Assembly (NCBI GenBank): GCA_964014335.1
Contig: CAXGZT010000001.1
Span: forward strand, 926-64,925
Direction of reading: 5' to 3'
Length of the DNA: 64,000 nt
Source of the DNA: an uncultured Campylobacterales bacterium
GTDB taxonomy: Bacteria > Campylobacterota > Campylobacteria > Campylobacterales > Sulfurimonadaceae
This document shows, piece after piece, positions 47,209 through 56,844 of the stretch. Each line of letters starts with the position of its first letter. The first letter of the stretch is position 1. A program made the translations under genes and the position numbers. Below the pieces are notes generated by a model. That model was given only the letters and a program-made list of their open reading frames with translations, had not been told where the DNA came from and made no database searches.

Positions 47209-48363
47209 ATGGCATTTATGATAGCTTCTTTTTACTTCTTCTATTTTTCCATTGTTGCCGTTTATATCATTTTTATGCCCAAGGTCCTGCTGATGGTAGG
47301 CTACTCGCCCTCGCAGATCGGTATTCTCTTTGCCGCAGCTCCCCTCGTGCGCTTTATGATCCCCTTTCTGTTTTTAAAATATATTGCCCTGACGCCGAGG
47401 ATCTTTAACGCAGCGCTTCTGCTCACCCTTGTCTCTTCTTTGCTTTTCTATCCCTTTATAGAGTTTTTTTGGCCCCTTCTTATCACCAACGTTCTGCTTG
47501 GAGTAGGTATGAGTCTCAGCCTTCCCTATGTGGAGAGCACTGCCCTCTCTCATATACCCAAAGAGAGCTATGGAAAGGTACGCCTCTTTGGCTCAGTCGG
47601 TTTTATCCTCGTCTCTTTGGTCCTGGTCAACTATCTCGATACCGCTGCGAGTGCCATCGGCTTTTTGAACTTCAGTGCTTTTTTCACTCTGATATTCGGG
47701 TTTCTTGTCTTTAAGTATGAAGGAAAACATGCACTTCCTTCGAAACAGGGGGGCAAGGCCTTCAATATTCTGCAGCACTGGCCCTTATGGCTGAGCCTTT
47801 TTCTTATGCAGGTGGGATTTGGCGGTTTCTATAATTTTTTCACCATCTACACGAGCTCCCATCCTATCGGCATAGAGGAGTTCAATATCTCGCCCCTGGA
47901 TATGACGGTTTATCTTTGGAGTTTCGGTGTGATATGCGAGGTCTTTATGCTCTACTTCCAGGCCCCTCTGCTGAAGCGTTCTCTGCTCAAAGTTTTACAG
48001 TTCACCATAGCTATTACTGTTTTGCGATGGCTTATCCTCGCCCTCTTTCCCGAAAACCTGATCCTGCTTTTTATTTCACAAAGTATTCATGCCCTCAGCT
48101 TTGCCCTCTATCACTCCGCAGCGATTATGTACCTGCATTCGCTCTACAGCGACAAAAAGCTTTCCCAACAGTTTTTTGCGGGAATCGCTTACGGTTTGGG
48201 AGGGTTTTTGGGCGCCTTCGGAGCAGGGTTTATTTATGAATATTCCGAGCAGGGACTCTACCTCGTCGCGGCCTTCGTTACCTTGCTCAGTTTTATCTTT
48301 TTATGGATCGAAAACACCCGCACTCTATCATCGGCTGAAGAGACGAACCTCACTGCCCGATAG
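47209..48363 (+). CDS. MFS-type transporter
   Basis: 384 aa with about 12 hydrophobic segments in a 6+6 arrangement. The subfamily was not recognised. Confidence 0.65.
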   Translation: MAFMIASFYFFYFSIVAVYIIFMPKVLLMVGYSPSQIGILFAAAPLVRFMIPFLFLKYIALTPRIFNAALLLTLVSSLLFYPFIEFFWPLLITNVLLGVGMSLSLPYVESTALSHIPKESYGKVRLFGSVGFILVSLVLVNYLDTAASAIGFLNFSAFFTLIFGFLVFKYEGKHALPSKQGGKAFNILQHWPLWLSLFLMQVGFGGFYNFFTIYTSSHPIGIEEFNISPLDMTVYLWSFGVICEVFMLYFQAPLLKRSLLKVLQFTIAITVLRWLILALFPENLILLFISQSIHALSFALYHSAAIMYLHSLYSDKKLSQQFFAGIAYGLGGFLGAFGAGFIYEYSEQGLYLVAAFVTLLSFIFLWIENTRTLSSAEETNLTAR

Positions 48364-49500
48364 CCCGAGCAGCGTGTTTGTGTTCCAAAGGTAGTTCTCG
48401 ACGCGTCCCGGACGTCCCTCTTCATCGACGAAGCTGATGATCACCAGCTTCGTCCCCTGATCTTTGGCCGCCCGAGCTCCCTCTTGCGTCTGCGTCGACA
48501 CTATCGTCCACCTGATCTTCTCCTGATAAGGACTCGCTTCATTGGAGTATCTGCCCCCTCCCCCGAGCGAAATGGAGAACTTTTCATTTTCGAATCTCCA
48601 CTCTCCCGCAAACCTATCACCGGGGTCTTTGATCTCATCCGCCTTTGTATCGACTCCGACAGTGGCAATACGGGAGACGTTGGCTTCATCCAGCTCTTGC
48701 GTAGAGTTTAAAAACTTATAGGCATAAGCGCTCAAAGGGTCCTCTTTGCCAAAACGGTAGACGAAGGAGAGCTTCTGGCGCGTATCCCTCTTTACGACAT
48801 CGTGTGCCGGCTGGGAATCATAATCAAACTCAAGCTGATAACTCAGATCAAGCACCCGCGTAAGATGTATCGTCAATTCTGCCGATGAAGCCGTCAGGTA
48901 GTCTGAGCCGTTGTCGAGTTTAGGCTGATAATACCCCAGATAACTGAGTTCCAGACTCCGGTTCACCGACATCTTATACGAGAGATACGAACTCGCGCGG
49001 TAGTTGTGTTCATACGGGTCTATCTCGTCTTCCGTATAACCGATTCTTTCATCCATGAGGGAGAGTCCCGCAAACAGTTTTCCGTAGCGCTTTGAGTCTG
49101 CTAGCTTGTAACGCGGACCCGTGCCGAAGACGGTGCGTTTGCGAAGATTTTTGAACTTGTCCTGTTTTAGCTGGGTGTAAAACTCCATCGCCCAGTCCGG
49201 ATCGAAAAGCTGATGGATATGACGCAGATGGACAAAGGCGTTATCCGCATTGGGCTGGCCGTTTGCCTTGTCATTCTCAACCGAACCCTGTATCCAGGTT
49301 ATCGTCTTGTTCGTATCGTACTGGATGCGTCCGCCGTATTCTGCCTCATCCTTGTCCGTATTGCCGCGGCTTATCTGAAAAGAGCCGTAGGCGGAACCGC
49401 TGAAGCCATTTTCTTTCTCGCCAAAATCCACCGAAGCGATATCGATAATGGCAAGAGTATCAAAAATAAAAAACTGGAAAAGGAGTAAAAGTCGTATCAT
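48328..49500 (-). CDS. DUF481-like outer-membrane beta-barrel protein with C-terminal extension
   Basis: I place the start at ATG 49500 (MIRLLLLFQFF signal). SRGNTDKDE...GTGPRYKL and alternating beta-strand pattern as in YdiY/DUF481. An extra ~130-aa C-terminal region is present. Confidence 0.6.
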   Translation of the reverse strand: MIRLLLLFQFFIFDTLAIIDIASVDFGEKENGFSGSAYGSFQISRGNTDKDEAEYGGRIQYDTNKTITWIQGSVENDKANGQPNADNAFVHLRHIHQLFDPDWAMEFYTQLKQDKFKNLRKRTVFGTGPRYKLADSKRYGKLFAGLSLMDERIGYTEDEIDPYEHNYRASSYLSYKMSVNRSLELSYLGYYQPKLDNGSDYLTASSAELTIHLTRVLDLSYQLEFDYDSQPAHDVVKRDTRQKLSFVYRFGKEDPLSAYAYKFLNSTQELDEANVSRIATVGVDTKADEIKDPGDRFAGEWRFENEKFSISLGGGGRYSNEASPYQEKIRWTIVSTQTQEGARAAKDQGTKLVIISFVDEEGRPGRVENYLWNTNTLLGLSGSEVRLFSR

Positions 49501-49580
49501 CGATCGCACCTGAAATAAATGCGAAATTATAGATAAAACTCTCTGAAAAGGAGTTAACACCGCCTAAACGGCGCTCTTCT

Positions 49581-50462
49581 TTAGTAGTTGATGATCAAAG
49601 ACGCCAGAAAGACCCTGTCTGTGCGTTCCTTGCCCAAGGCGGGGATGTTTTTGTAATCCACTTGATAACTCATACCCAAAGAGAAGATACTGTTGATCCT
49701 GCTCTCTATCGAGCTCTTCGAATAGACAAAGTAATTTTCAAATTGATCCATTTGAGATTTGAAATGGGCATCTTCAGTGAAAGAGAGCTTATCCAGAATC
49801 TGCCATCTATATTTAAATCCGGCTAACCATGCCGCATATTCATTCGTCCCGCCGTTTTCGATACTGTCTTTCGAATACAGAGCATTGCCTCGCACACTTA
49901 GGGTGTGCGCATCGCGCTTGAGAAGCTTATACCCAAAACCCGGACCCGTATAAAACTGATAATCAAAACCGGAAAACTTGTCTTCCCCGTACGAGATTAC
50001 GTAGTTAAAATAGAGCCCCTTGATAATGTCCCTATCGTACTGAAAGGCAGCCAGCCATTTGTTATTGTCCTCGATCCCGTTACTGCTTGATTGCAGGGCG
50101 TCAAGGTCCAGCGTCATCGTGTTTTTCTTACGTTTACGTTCTCCGTGGAAACCAAGACCGAACCTTGTTGTTTTGGTATTTCCCTGGGTGTTACTGTATG
50201 AGAGGTCCGTTTTTGTCCTGTATCTGGCCTCTTCGCTGTGTTGTTCGACCTTTTTGATACGTTTCTCAGCCTCTGCCAATTTGGCCTTTGCCGTTTTTAT
50301 TTCAGCCTTTGCCTCATCCGCGATCTTCGTTGCCGATTCCAGTTCCGCCTTGTCGCGGGCTATCTCTTCTTCGCTCAGTCCTGCCGAAAACAGGCTTGCC
50401 GCCAACAACGGCGCCATCCATAGACCCTTTCTTAGCCCAAGGCTAATCTTCTTCCTCTTCAT
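49581..50462 (-). CDS. DUF481-like outer-membrane protein
   Basis: Signal peptide, coiled-coil linker, then YSNTQGNTKT...GPGFGYKLL and a terminal aromatic residue (INY). Confidence 0.65.
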   Translation of the reverse strand: MKRKKISLGLRKGLWMAPLLAASLFSAGLSEEEIARDKAELESATKIADEAKAEIKTAKAKLAEAEKRIKKVEQHSEEARYRTKTDLSYSNTQGNTKTTRFGLGFHGERKRKKNTMTLDLDALQSSSNGIEDNNKWLAAFQYDRDIIKGLYFNYVISYGEDKFSGFDYQFYTGPGFGYKLLKRDAHTLSVRGNALYSKDSIENGGTNEYAAWLAGFKYRWQILDKLSFTEDAHFKSQMDQFENYFVYSKSSIESRINSIFSLGMSYQVDYKNIPALGKERTDRVFLASLIINY

Positions 50463-50472
50463 CTCTTTTCCC

Positions 50473-51345
50473 CTAACTATCGGTTCTGTTTACATGCACA
50501 TCCATTTGCGGATAGGGAATGCTAATACCTTTTTCATCAAAAGTCAACTTGACCCTTTCCACCATGTCAAAATAGACATCCCAATAGTCTGCGCTTTTAA
50601 CCCAGGGACGAAACGCGAAGTCTACCGAAGAGTCCCCCAGCTCCTTCACGCCGACAAAGGGTTTCGGGTCGGCCAGGACCCGTTCATCCTCCTTGATGAT
50701 ATCTTCCAGGACCGATTTCGCAAGCTTCAGATCATCATCATAACCGATACCGAATACCAGGTCGATACGGCGCGTCTCTTTTGCCGAGAAGTTTGTTATG
50801 TTGCCTCCCGTCACCGCCGTATTCGGAACGATTATCACCTTGTTGTCTACCGTGTGCAGGGTCGTAGCAAACATAGAGATACCCTCAACAGCACCCGTCT
50901 CTCCGCCGACGGTCACAAAGTCACCGACATTGAAAGGACGAAAAAAGATCAGTAAAACGCCTGAACCCACATTTCCAAGGGTACCCTGAAGCGCCAGACC
51001 TATGGCCAGACCGGCAGCTGCTAAAATCGCCGCAAATGATGTCGTATTGACGCCCAATGCATTGAGCGCAGCCAAAATAACGACGATCATAAGTAAAATA
51101 TAGACGATACTCTCAATAAAACTCACAAGAGTAGCATCAATGTCGTTCTTGCGCATCAGTTTCACTACAAGCGCCTGAATACGTTTCGCTATCCATTTAC
51201 CGATAATAAAGATGATGAAGGCACCTATAATCTTTGGACCATACTCGAAACCATACTCAATCGCCATATCAACATACTTTGAAGTATGATCGATGACTTC
51301 TTTACTGTTATCTACCAAAACATCTTTTGCTTTTTCCGTATCCAT
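50473..51345 (-). CDS. Small-conductance mechanosensitive channel (MscS family)
   Basis: Three TM segments followed by GNVGSGVLLIFFRPFNVGDFVTVGGETGAVEGISMFATTLHTVDNKVIIVPN. Confidence 0.88.
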   Translation of the reverse strand: MDTEKAKDVLVDNSKEVIDHTSKYVDMAIEYGFEYGPKIIGAFIIFIIGKWIAKRIQALVVKLMRKNDIDATLVSFIESIVYILLMIVVILAALNALGVNTTSFAAILAAAGLAIGLALQGTLGNVGSGVLLIFFRPFNVGDFVTVGGETGAVEGISMFATTLHTVDNKVIIVPNTAVTGGNITNFSAKETRRIDLVFGIGYDDDLKLAKSVLEDIIKEDERVLADPKPFVGVKELGDSSVDFAFRPWVKSADYWDVYFDMVERVKLTFDEKGISIPYPQMDVHVNRTDS

Positions 51346-51473
51346 AGAAACCTCTCCCTTCCCAGCCTAAAGCTCAAACATCAACGCATTATTATAACTA
51401 GAAAACAACAATAGATGGTTTTCATATTTTGTCATGTTATCTGAACTCTGCAGGGGGGATAGGGGAGGTAGGG

Positions 51474-51770
51474 TTAAACTTTAATGTCTAGTTTATGCAG
51501 GGGAGCAGAGCTCTTTTTTTCTTCTTCTTTGTGCTCTTTGTTTTTCTCGTTCTCTTCTTCTTCGCGTTTTTTACGCTCCGCATCTTCGTTCGTTTCGCCC
51601 GTCTCTTCGGTCGGACGGACTTCCTGGACCTCTTCCTCTTTTTCATTTGTGATAGCAGCAGCCGCCAGGTTTTGAAGGTCAAACCTATTATGAATTGCAT
51701 TTTTTTCGCTGGCCACGGTTGCCATCTGCTGATTAACATAAATGGCATTGCCTATCGGTCCGACTGCCAT
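51474..51770 (-). CDS. Hypothetical protein with Glu/Lys-rich C-terminus
   Basis: 98-aa ORF with no recognised motif. Several overlapping frames are also open here because of low complexity. Confidence 0.35.
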   Translation of the reverse strand: MAVGPIGNAIYVNQQMATVASEKNAIHNRFDLQNLAAAAITNEKEEEVQEVRPTEETGETNEDAERKKREEEENEKNKEHKEEEKKSSAPLHKLDIKV

Positions 51771-51790
51771 AACTAATCCTTTCTTTCTTG

Positions 51791-53122
51791 TTAATGCTCT
51801 TTCAAAACACTAAGCGTCTTATACTTATTATACAGCACATTTGCTTCGGACTGTACTTTTACCTCACGTCTATTAGTATAATCGACCAAAAATGAACCTG
51901 TTTTAGTCGTTGAAAAATCGACGCAGAGTTTTGCCGCTGCACGAAGCAGCTTGTCGCTTACGTTCTGCTTGCTGGTCTGAATGATGACATGGGTGGAAGG
52001 CATATCCTTGATATGCATCCAGATATCGCCTGCACGGGCAATCTTGAGCAGTTCGATATTCCCCTTTTTGTTTTTGCCGAGCATCACCTTTTGCCCCTCT
52101 ATCCAGAAGACCTCGTAAGGTTTCGGCGGCTCTTTCTTGGCCTTTTTCTTCTGAGGGGGGAGAAGGAGCTGCAGCTCTTCGGGTGTCCGGGTCAGCAGGA
52201 TATTCGCCTTGAAACGCTCCAGGAAGTCGATCTTTTCATTCAGTCCTTCGCGTTCGATGTGCATATTGGAGGCCTTCTGCTTCGCCTTTTTGGCCTTTTT
52301 AAAGAAGAGCTCTCCCACCTCGGCCGCCGTCCGCGCGCCCTCGGGAAGCTCCAGTTCGACCTCCTTCCCGCTAAAGTCGTGCAGCCGCACGGAGGTGGAG
52401 TAGGGCTTGATCAGGTGCATATTCGCCAGAGCAAGGTTTCCCTTTTCAAAGTTCTCCTCCGCTTCCGCAAGAAGCTTATCCTCGCTTTGAAGCTTGCCCA
52501 GCTCCCTCTTCATACGTTCTATCTTCTTCTGCACACGGGAAGCTTCGACATTCTGTCTGGTATGCAGCTGCTTCTGCGTCCGCTCCCTGTAGACCGCTTT
52601 AAGATAGGCCTCGATATCCTCTATCCTCTCGCCCTCTTTTGGCGTAAAAGAGGGTTTTTCCAGATCGGCAAGTTTGACGCCCGGTTTGATCTCTCTGTAG
52701 GAGTTCATGATATCTACATGACGAAGCGCATCCAGGACGACACCCTCCTCATCGAGCAAGATAGCGTTCGTATACTTGCCCGTAAACTCCAGCTGCAAAA
52801 AAGCCTTGCTCGCCTTATAGGCCCCGCTCTGGCGCACCCCGATACGCAGGACCTTGTCCCCGTTGACGATCTCCATGCTCTCGACGTCGCTTCGCCCCAA
52901 ATACTTGTGAAGAAGCACGTCAAAAGGCGCCTGGTAATGCTTCATCCGCACGGAGTCCTCACGCATATAGATAGCGCTGTTCCCCTTTTTCAGGTCAAAA
53001 TAGAGATCGTGCGAACCGTCGAATGCGATCTTGATGATATTGTCCCCCACCCGATGCGCCGCGGAGATACGTCTATATTTTTTCAGATAATCAACAATCT
53101 GTTTAAAAGCATAAAATTTCAT
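51791..53122 (-). CDS. NFACT-family (fibronectin-binding protein A / DUF814) protein
   Basis: N-terminal NFACT-like region and a C-terminal DUF814 signature (DIWMHIKDMPSTHVIIQ). Confidence 0.7.
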   Translation of the reverse strand: MKFYAFKQIVDYLKKYRRISAAHRVGDNIIKIAFDGSHDLYFDLKKGNSAIYMREDSVRMKHYQAPFDVLLHKYLGRSDVESMEIVNGDKVLRIGVRQSGAYKASKAFLQLEFTGKYTNAILLDEEGVVLDALRHVDIMNSYREIKPGVKLADLEKPSFTPKEGERIEDIEAYLKAVYRERTQKQLHTRQNVEASRVQKKIERMKRELGKLQSEDKLLAEAEENFEKGNLALANMHLIKPYSTSVRLHDFSGKEVELELPEGARTAAEVGELFFKKAKKAKQKASNMHIEREGLNEKIDFLERFKANILLTRTPEELQLLLPPQKKKAKKEPPKPYEVFWIEGQKVMLGKNKKGNIELLKIARAGDIWMHIKDMPSTHVIIQTSKQNVSDKLLRAAAKLCVDFSTTKTGSFLVDYTNRREVKVQSEANVLYNKYKTLSVLKEH

Positions 53123-53249
53123 AGTTTCCTCATTAAAAAGAATTTTAACATAAGGGTCTTTATAAAGGAGTCTGTACTTAAATATATAAATACTTGATAT
53201 TTAATTTAATTTTGTAATTTCATAGAGTAATATTTACGAAACGCTTAAC

Positions 53250-54011
53250 TTGGAGTTTACATTGAAAAAAATATTATTATATACAGCAATACTTTTTAGT
53301 CTTACAGGTTGTATCAACACAACTGTCACTAGTGTCAATAACCCAACATACAAAGAGCATAAGATATACAAAATTGCAATAGACACACCTACTGAATCGT
53401 TAATTACATCTCAAAAGATTGCTGAATCCTTTAAATACTCATTTTCTAAAAAGAACATTGAGGCTATCCCTATGAATACGATATTTCCACCTACAAGAAA
53501 GTATACTATTGAGGAAATGAGAAAGTTTTTTATTGACAACAACTTTGACTCATATTTGTCTCTAGAGGTAAAAGCTTCACAAAGGTCAAGTCAAACTGTT
53601 GGATATAACGCTAACACCACAACACAAATATATGGAAATTCAACTTACAGTAGTATTACATATGGGGGAGCAACCCAAGGTTCAGGTTCATATAACGCAA
53701 CTACCTATGGAACAACAACTACCACGCCAATTGTTGCACACAATCAAGATACGAAAGCTAGAATCACTCTGCATGATGTGAATACAGGGGCTGTAATTTG
53801 GTTTGCAGACACCTACACACAAGCAGGTGGTGCATTATATATGGGAGATACAATAACTATAGATGATATTGTTTTAAAAACAATAAATAAATTAGTTGAA
53901 GATGGACATATAGATATACCAATAGAGCAAGCATATGTTTCATCAGCTGACAATAATCAATCAGGTGATTTTCGCGATTCAATAAATTCTTTCGTTGATA
54001 GTATATTTTAA
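53250..54011 (+). CDS. Lipoprotein, Thr/Asn/Tyr/Gly-rich, function unknown
   Basis: Lipobox LFSLTGC. Low-complexity central tract (NANTTTQIYGNSTYSSITYGGATQGSGSYNATTYGTTTTTP). Visibly more AT-rich than flanking genes. TTG start is uncertain. Confidence 0.6.
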   Translation: MEFTLKKILLYTAILFSLTGCINTTVTSVNNPTYKEHKIYKIAIDTPTESLITSQKIAESFKYSFSKKNIEAIPMNTIFPPTRKYTIEEMRKFFIDNNFDSYLSLEVKASQRSSQTVGYNANTTTQIYGNSTYSSITYGGATQGSGSYNATTYGTTTTTPIVAHNQDTKARITLHDVNTGAVIWFADTYTQAGGALYMGDTITIDDIVLKTINKLVEDGHIDIPIEQAYVSSADNNQSGDFRDSINSFVDSIF

Positions 54012-54123
54012 GACAGCTGATTTTAAATGAATCTCCACTTTTTTTGACAGAAGTATAAGCTTCTGTATCAAATCAATGCGTCACCGCTTGAACGCGTCAG
54101 AGCCTCTGCAGAGCCGAATGTAG

Positions 54124-54196
54124 ACTCTTTTCTCTCGTTAAAAAAATGACTCTGTTTGAGCAAAGCGAGTTTGGCATTTTTAGAGAGAAAAGAGTC
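54124..54196. repeat. Perfect 14-bp inverted repeat with 45-nt spacer upstream of leuC
   Basis: GACTCTTTTCTCTC (54124-54137) and GAGAGAAAAGAGTC (54183-54196). A second short hairpin AGCCC-gtc-GGGCT follows at about 54215-54227. Confidence 0.6.
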
Positions 54197-54422
54197 GCAA
54201 TGAGGGTATCCGACAGCCCGTCGGGCTCGAAGCCGCGGAGAGAGCTTTTTCGTTCTTTTTTGCGGAAAAAAAGGACAGACACGCTAAAAGAAAAGTTCTT
54301 ATGCAAGTACATATCTACTCTGATAAAAAGTAATAGACAAATTCTATAAAGAAACTCACATCTTCATTTAGCTATAATCGCGGAATTAATTAAAGCTGCA
54401 AACAGCTATTTATGAGGTAACC

Positions 54423-55691
54423 ATGGGACAGACCATAACCGAAAAAATATTTTCTGAACACGTAGGCAAAAAAGTATACGCAGGCGAGATCGTTCGCTCA
54501 CCTATCGATATGATCATCGGTAACGACATCACGACTCCGATCTCTATCAAGGCGTTTGAAGAGAGCGGCGCGGAGAAACTGGCAAATCCGGACGGTTTTG
54601 CGCTGGTACTTGACCACTTCATTCCGGCTAAGGATATCGCATCGGCGAACCAGGCGAAAATCTCCAGAGAGTTCGCTTACAAGCACGACCTTAAGAACTA
54701 TTTCGACGAGAAAGACATGGGTATCGAGCATGCCCTTCTTCCCGAGAAGGGTCTTGTCGTTCCGGGCGATGTCATCATCGGTGCGGATTCACATACCTGT
54801 ACGCACGGTGCACTCGGTGCTTTCTCAACGGGTATGGGCTCGACCGACCTGGCTTTCGGGATGATCACGGGCGGGAACTGGTTCAAGGTTCCCGAGACGA
54901 TCAAGGTCGTCTTTACAGGCAAACTTCAGCCGAACGTCTACGGAAAAGATCTTATCCTTGAGGTCATCCGCCGTATCGGTGTTGACGGTGCGCTTTATCA
55001 GGCCCTTGAGTTTACGGGCGATACGATCTCTACGCTGAGCATGGATGATCGTTTCTCTCTGTGTAACATGGCTATCGAAGCGGGTGCTAAAAACGGTATC
55101 ATCGCCGTTGACGACATCACAAAAGCATTCTTGGCAGAGCGGGAGCTTGCACGCGAGCCGAAGCTCCACTACTCCGATGAAGACGCGAAGTATCTTAAAG
55201 TGATCGAGATCGACGTGAACGAGCTTGAGCCTGTTATCGCCTATCCCTCGCTTCCGTCAAACGGGAAACCCTTAAGCCGGGCCGTAGCGGACAAGATCGC
55301 GGTCGATCAGGTCTTCATCGGTTCATGTACGAACGGCCGCCTATCTGACCTCAAGATGGCAGCGGAGATCCTGAAAGGAAAACGCGTTGCAAAACGTACA
55401 CGCCTTATCGTTACCCCTGCTACGCAGAATATCCTGAAGCAGGCCGAAAAAGCGGGATACCTCGACATCCTAATCGACGCGGGTGCCGTTGTCTCCAATC
55501 CGACCTGTGGCGCTTGTTTGGGCGGATACATGGGAATCCTGGGAGACGGCGAAGTAGCAATCGCAACGACTAACCGTAACTTCGTAGGGCGCATGGGCGC
55601 AAGAAGCTCGGGCATCTACCTTGCAAACTCTGCTGTTGCCGCGGCTTCGGCGATTACGGGTTATATCACCGATCCTCAAAGCATAGACTAA
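54423..55691 (+). CDS. leuC: 3-isopropylmalate dehydratase large subunit (aconitase-family, short archaeal-type)
   Basis: MGQTITEKIF..., GADSHTCTHGALGAF, IGSCTNGR and NPTCGACLG (Fe-S ligand regions). No leuD is adjacent. Confidence 0.85.
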   Translation: MGQTITEKIFSEHVGKKVYAGEIVRSPIDMIIGNDITTPISIKAFEESGAEKLANPDGFALVLDHFIPAKDIASANQAKISREFAYKHDLKNYFDEKDMGIEHALLPEKGLVVPGDVIIGADSHTCTHGALGAFSTGMGSTDLAFGMITGGNWFKVPETIKVVFTGKLQPNVYGKDLILEVIRRIGVDGALYQALEFTGDTISTLSMDDRFSLCNMAIEAGAKNGIIAVDDITKAFLAERELAREPKLHYSDEDAKYLKVIEIDVNELEPVIAYPSLPSNGKPLSRAVADKIAVDQVFIGSCTNGRLSDLKMAAEILKGKRVAKRTRLIVTPATQNILKQAEKAGYLDILIDAGAVVSNPTCGACLGGYMGILGDGEVAIATTNRNFVGRMGARSSGIYLANSAVAAASAITGYITDPQSID

Positions 55692-56758
55692 GCGCTGAGC
55701 ACTCGGTTTCGGCCGGAACTCTTCGCCTTGTAAAGTGCCTGGTCGGCCAAACTGATCATCTTTTCGATACTCAACCTCTCTTCAATCTCAATCACCCCGA
55801 AAGAAGCCGTAATACCTTTTCCCTCTAATAGGACCTTCTCTTCCAGTCCGCTTCGGATACGTTCGGCAATGGACATGGCGGCAACGGCATTCGTCTGCGG
55901 CAGTAAAACGATGAACTCTTCGCCGCCGTAACGCGCTGCAGTGTCTACCTCCCGAATGCTCTCCAAAGTTATCTCGGCCACCCTGGCCAAGACCTCATCC
56001 CCTTTTTGATGCCCGTAGGTGTCATTCACTCTTTTAAAATGATCGATATCAAAAATAATCAAAGAAAAGACCTCTCTGTGTCTTCTGTAGCGTGCAAATA
56101 GATACTCTATCCTGCTCATCATCGCAGCACGGTTGCTCAAACCGGTCAGGCTGTCTGTAGACGCTTCCGCTTCCTTCTCTTTGTACAGCTCTTCAAGTTT
56201 TACATTCGCCTCTTGCAAGGCCTTACTCTGTTTTGAGATCACTACTTGATAACTTTTGTTGGTCTGAACATACATGACAATAAAAAAGCTGATCAGGACC
56301 TGAACACTGATGAGCTTAAAGAGTTCCATATAGGTAAACTCGGCCGGGCTTATCGCAGAAAACGTGATGTATAAAAACGAAAGACCAAAAAGCAGGGCAA
56401 AGAGCACTACCTCCCGCAAAGGGCGTAGAATAATAATAATAACGGGCAGGAATATAAAAAGAATGCTGCTTTCGATCGCGCTTTCATTATAGAGAAGGTT
56501 CCAGTAGATCGGCAGGGCCATGAAGAAGATGAAAATACGGCTTGAGAATGTATACCTGAGCCTGTGTGAGGTTTCCAGATACAAAAGGGCCAGACTCACC
56601 AGGGCAAAGGAAAACTCCAAAAAAGCTAAAAACTTGGAGTAAAAAAGATAATCCAGTCCGGCCATTAAAAAGGCAACAACGATTACGCTTTTTAAGATCA
56701 TACGGTAAACGGTTTTTTCCAATTCCCGGTCTTCAAACCATGTTGAAAAGTTCTTCAT
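55688..56758 (-). CDS. Membrane-anchored diguanylate cyclase (GGDEF)
   Basis: About 6 TM segments, a coiled-coil linker, then DSLTGLSNR...RYGGEEF. Start at ATG 56758 with AGGA upstream. Confidence 0.88.
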   Translation of the reverse strand: MKNFSTWFEDRELEKTVYRMILKSVIVVAFLMAGLDYLFYSKFLAFLEFSFALVSLALLYLETSHRLRYTFSSRIFIFFMALPIYWNLLYNESAIESSILFIFLPVIIIILRPLREVVLFALLFGLSFLYITFSAISPAEFTYMELFKLISVQVLISFFIVMYVQTNKSYQVVISKQSKALQEANVKLEELYKEKEAEASTDSLTGLSNRAAMMSRIEYLFARYRRHREVFSLIIFDIDHFKRVNDTYGHQKGDEVLARVAEITLESIREVDTAARYGGEEFIVLLPQTNAVAAMSIAERIRSGLEEKVLLEGKGITASFGVIEIEERLSIEKMISLADQALYKAKSSGRNRVLSA

Positions 56759-56844
56759 AAGCTTCCTACACAATATTGCTATTTATTCTAGCTTTTTGTA
56801 AATATATCATATTTTACTGTATGAAGACTTCGAAAGCCTTTTTC

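Noticed and set aside
45145-53197. Very long antisense ORFs in the GC-richer block (45145-45771, 50059-50955, 51989-53197 and others)
   Set aside because: Each overlaps, on the opposite strand, a gene with clear domain signatures (lipoprotein, DUF481, MscS, NFACT). The translations are Leu/Arg/Ser/Phe-rich low-complexity strings typical of stop-poor shadow frames.
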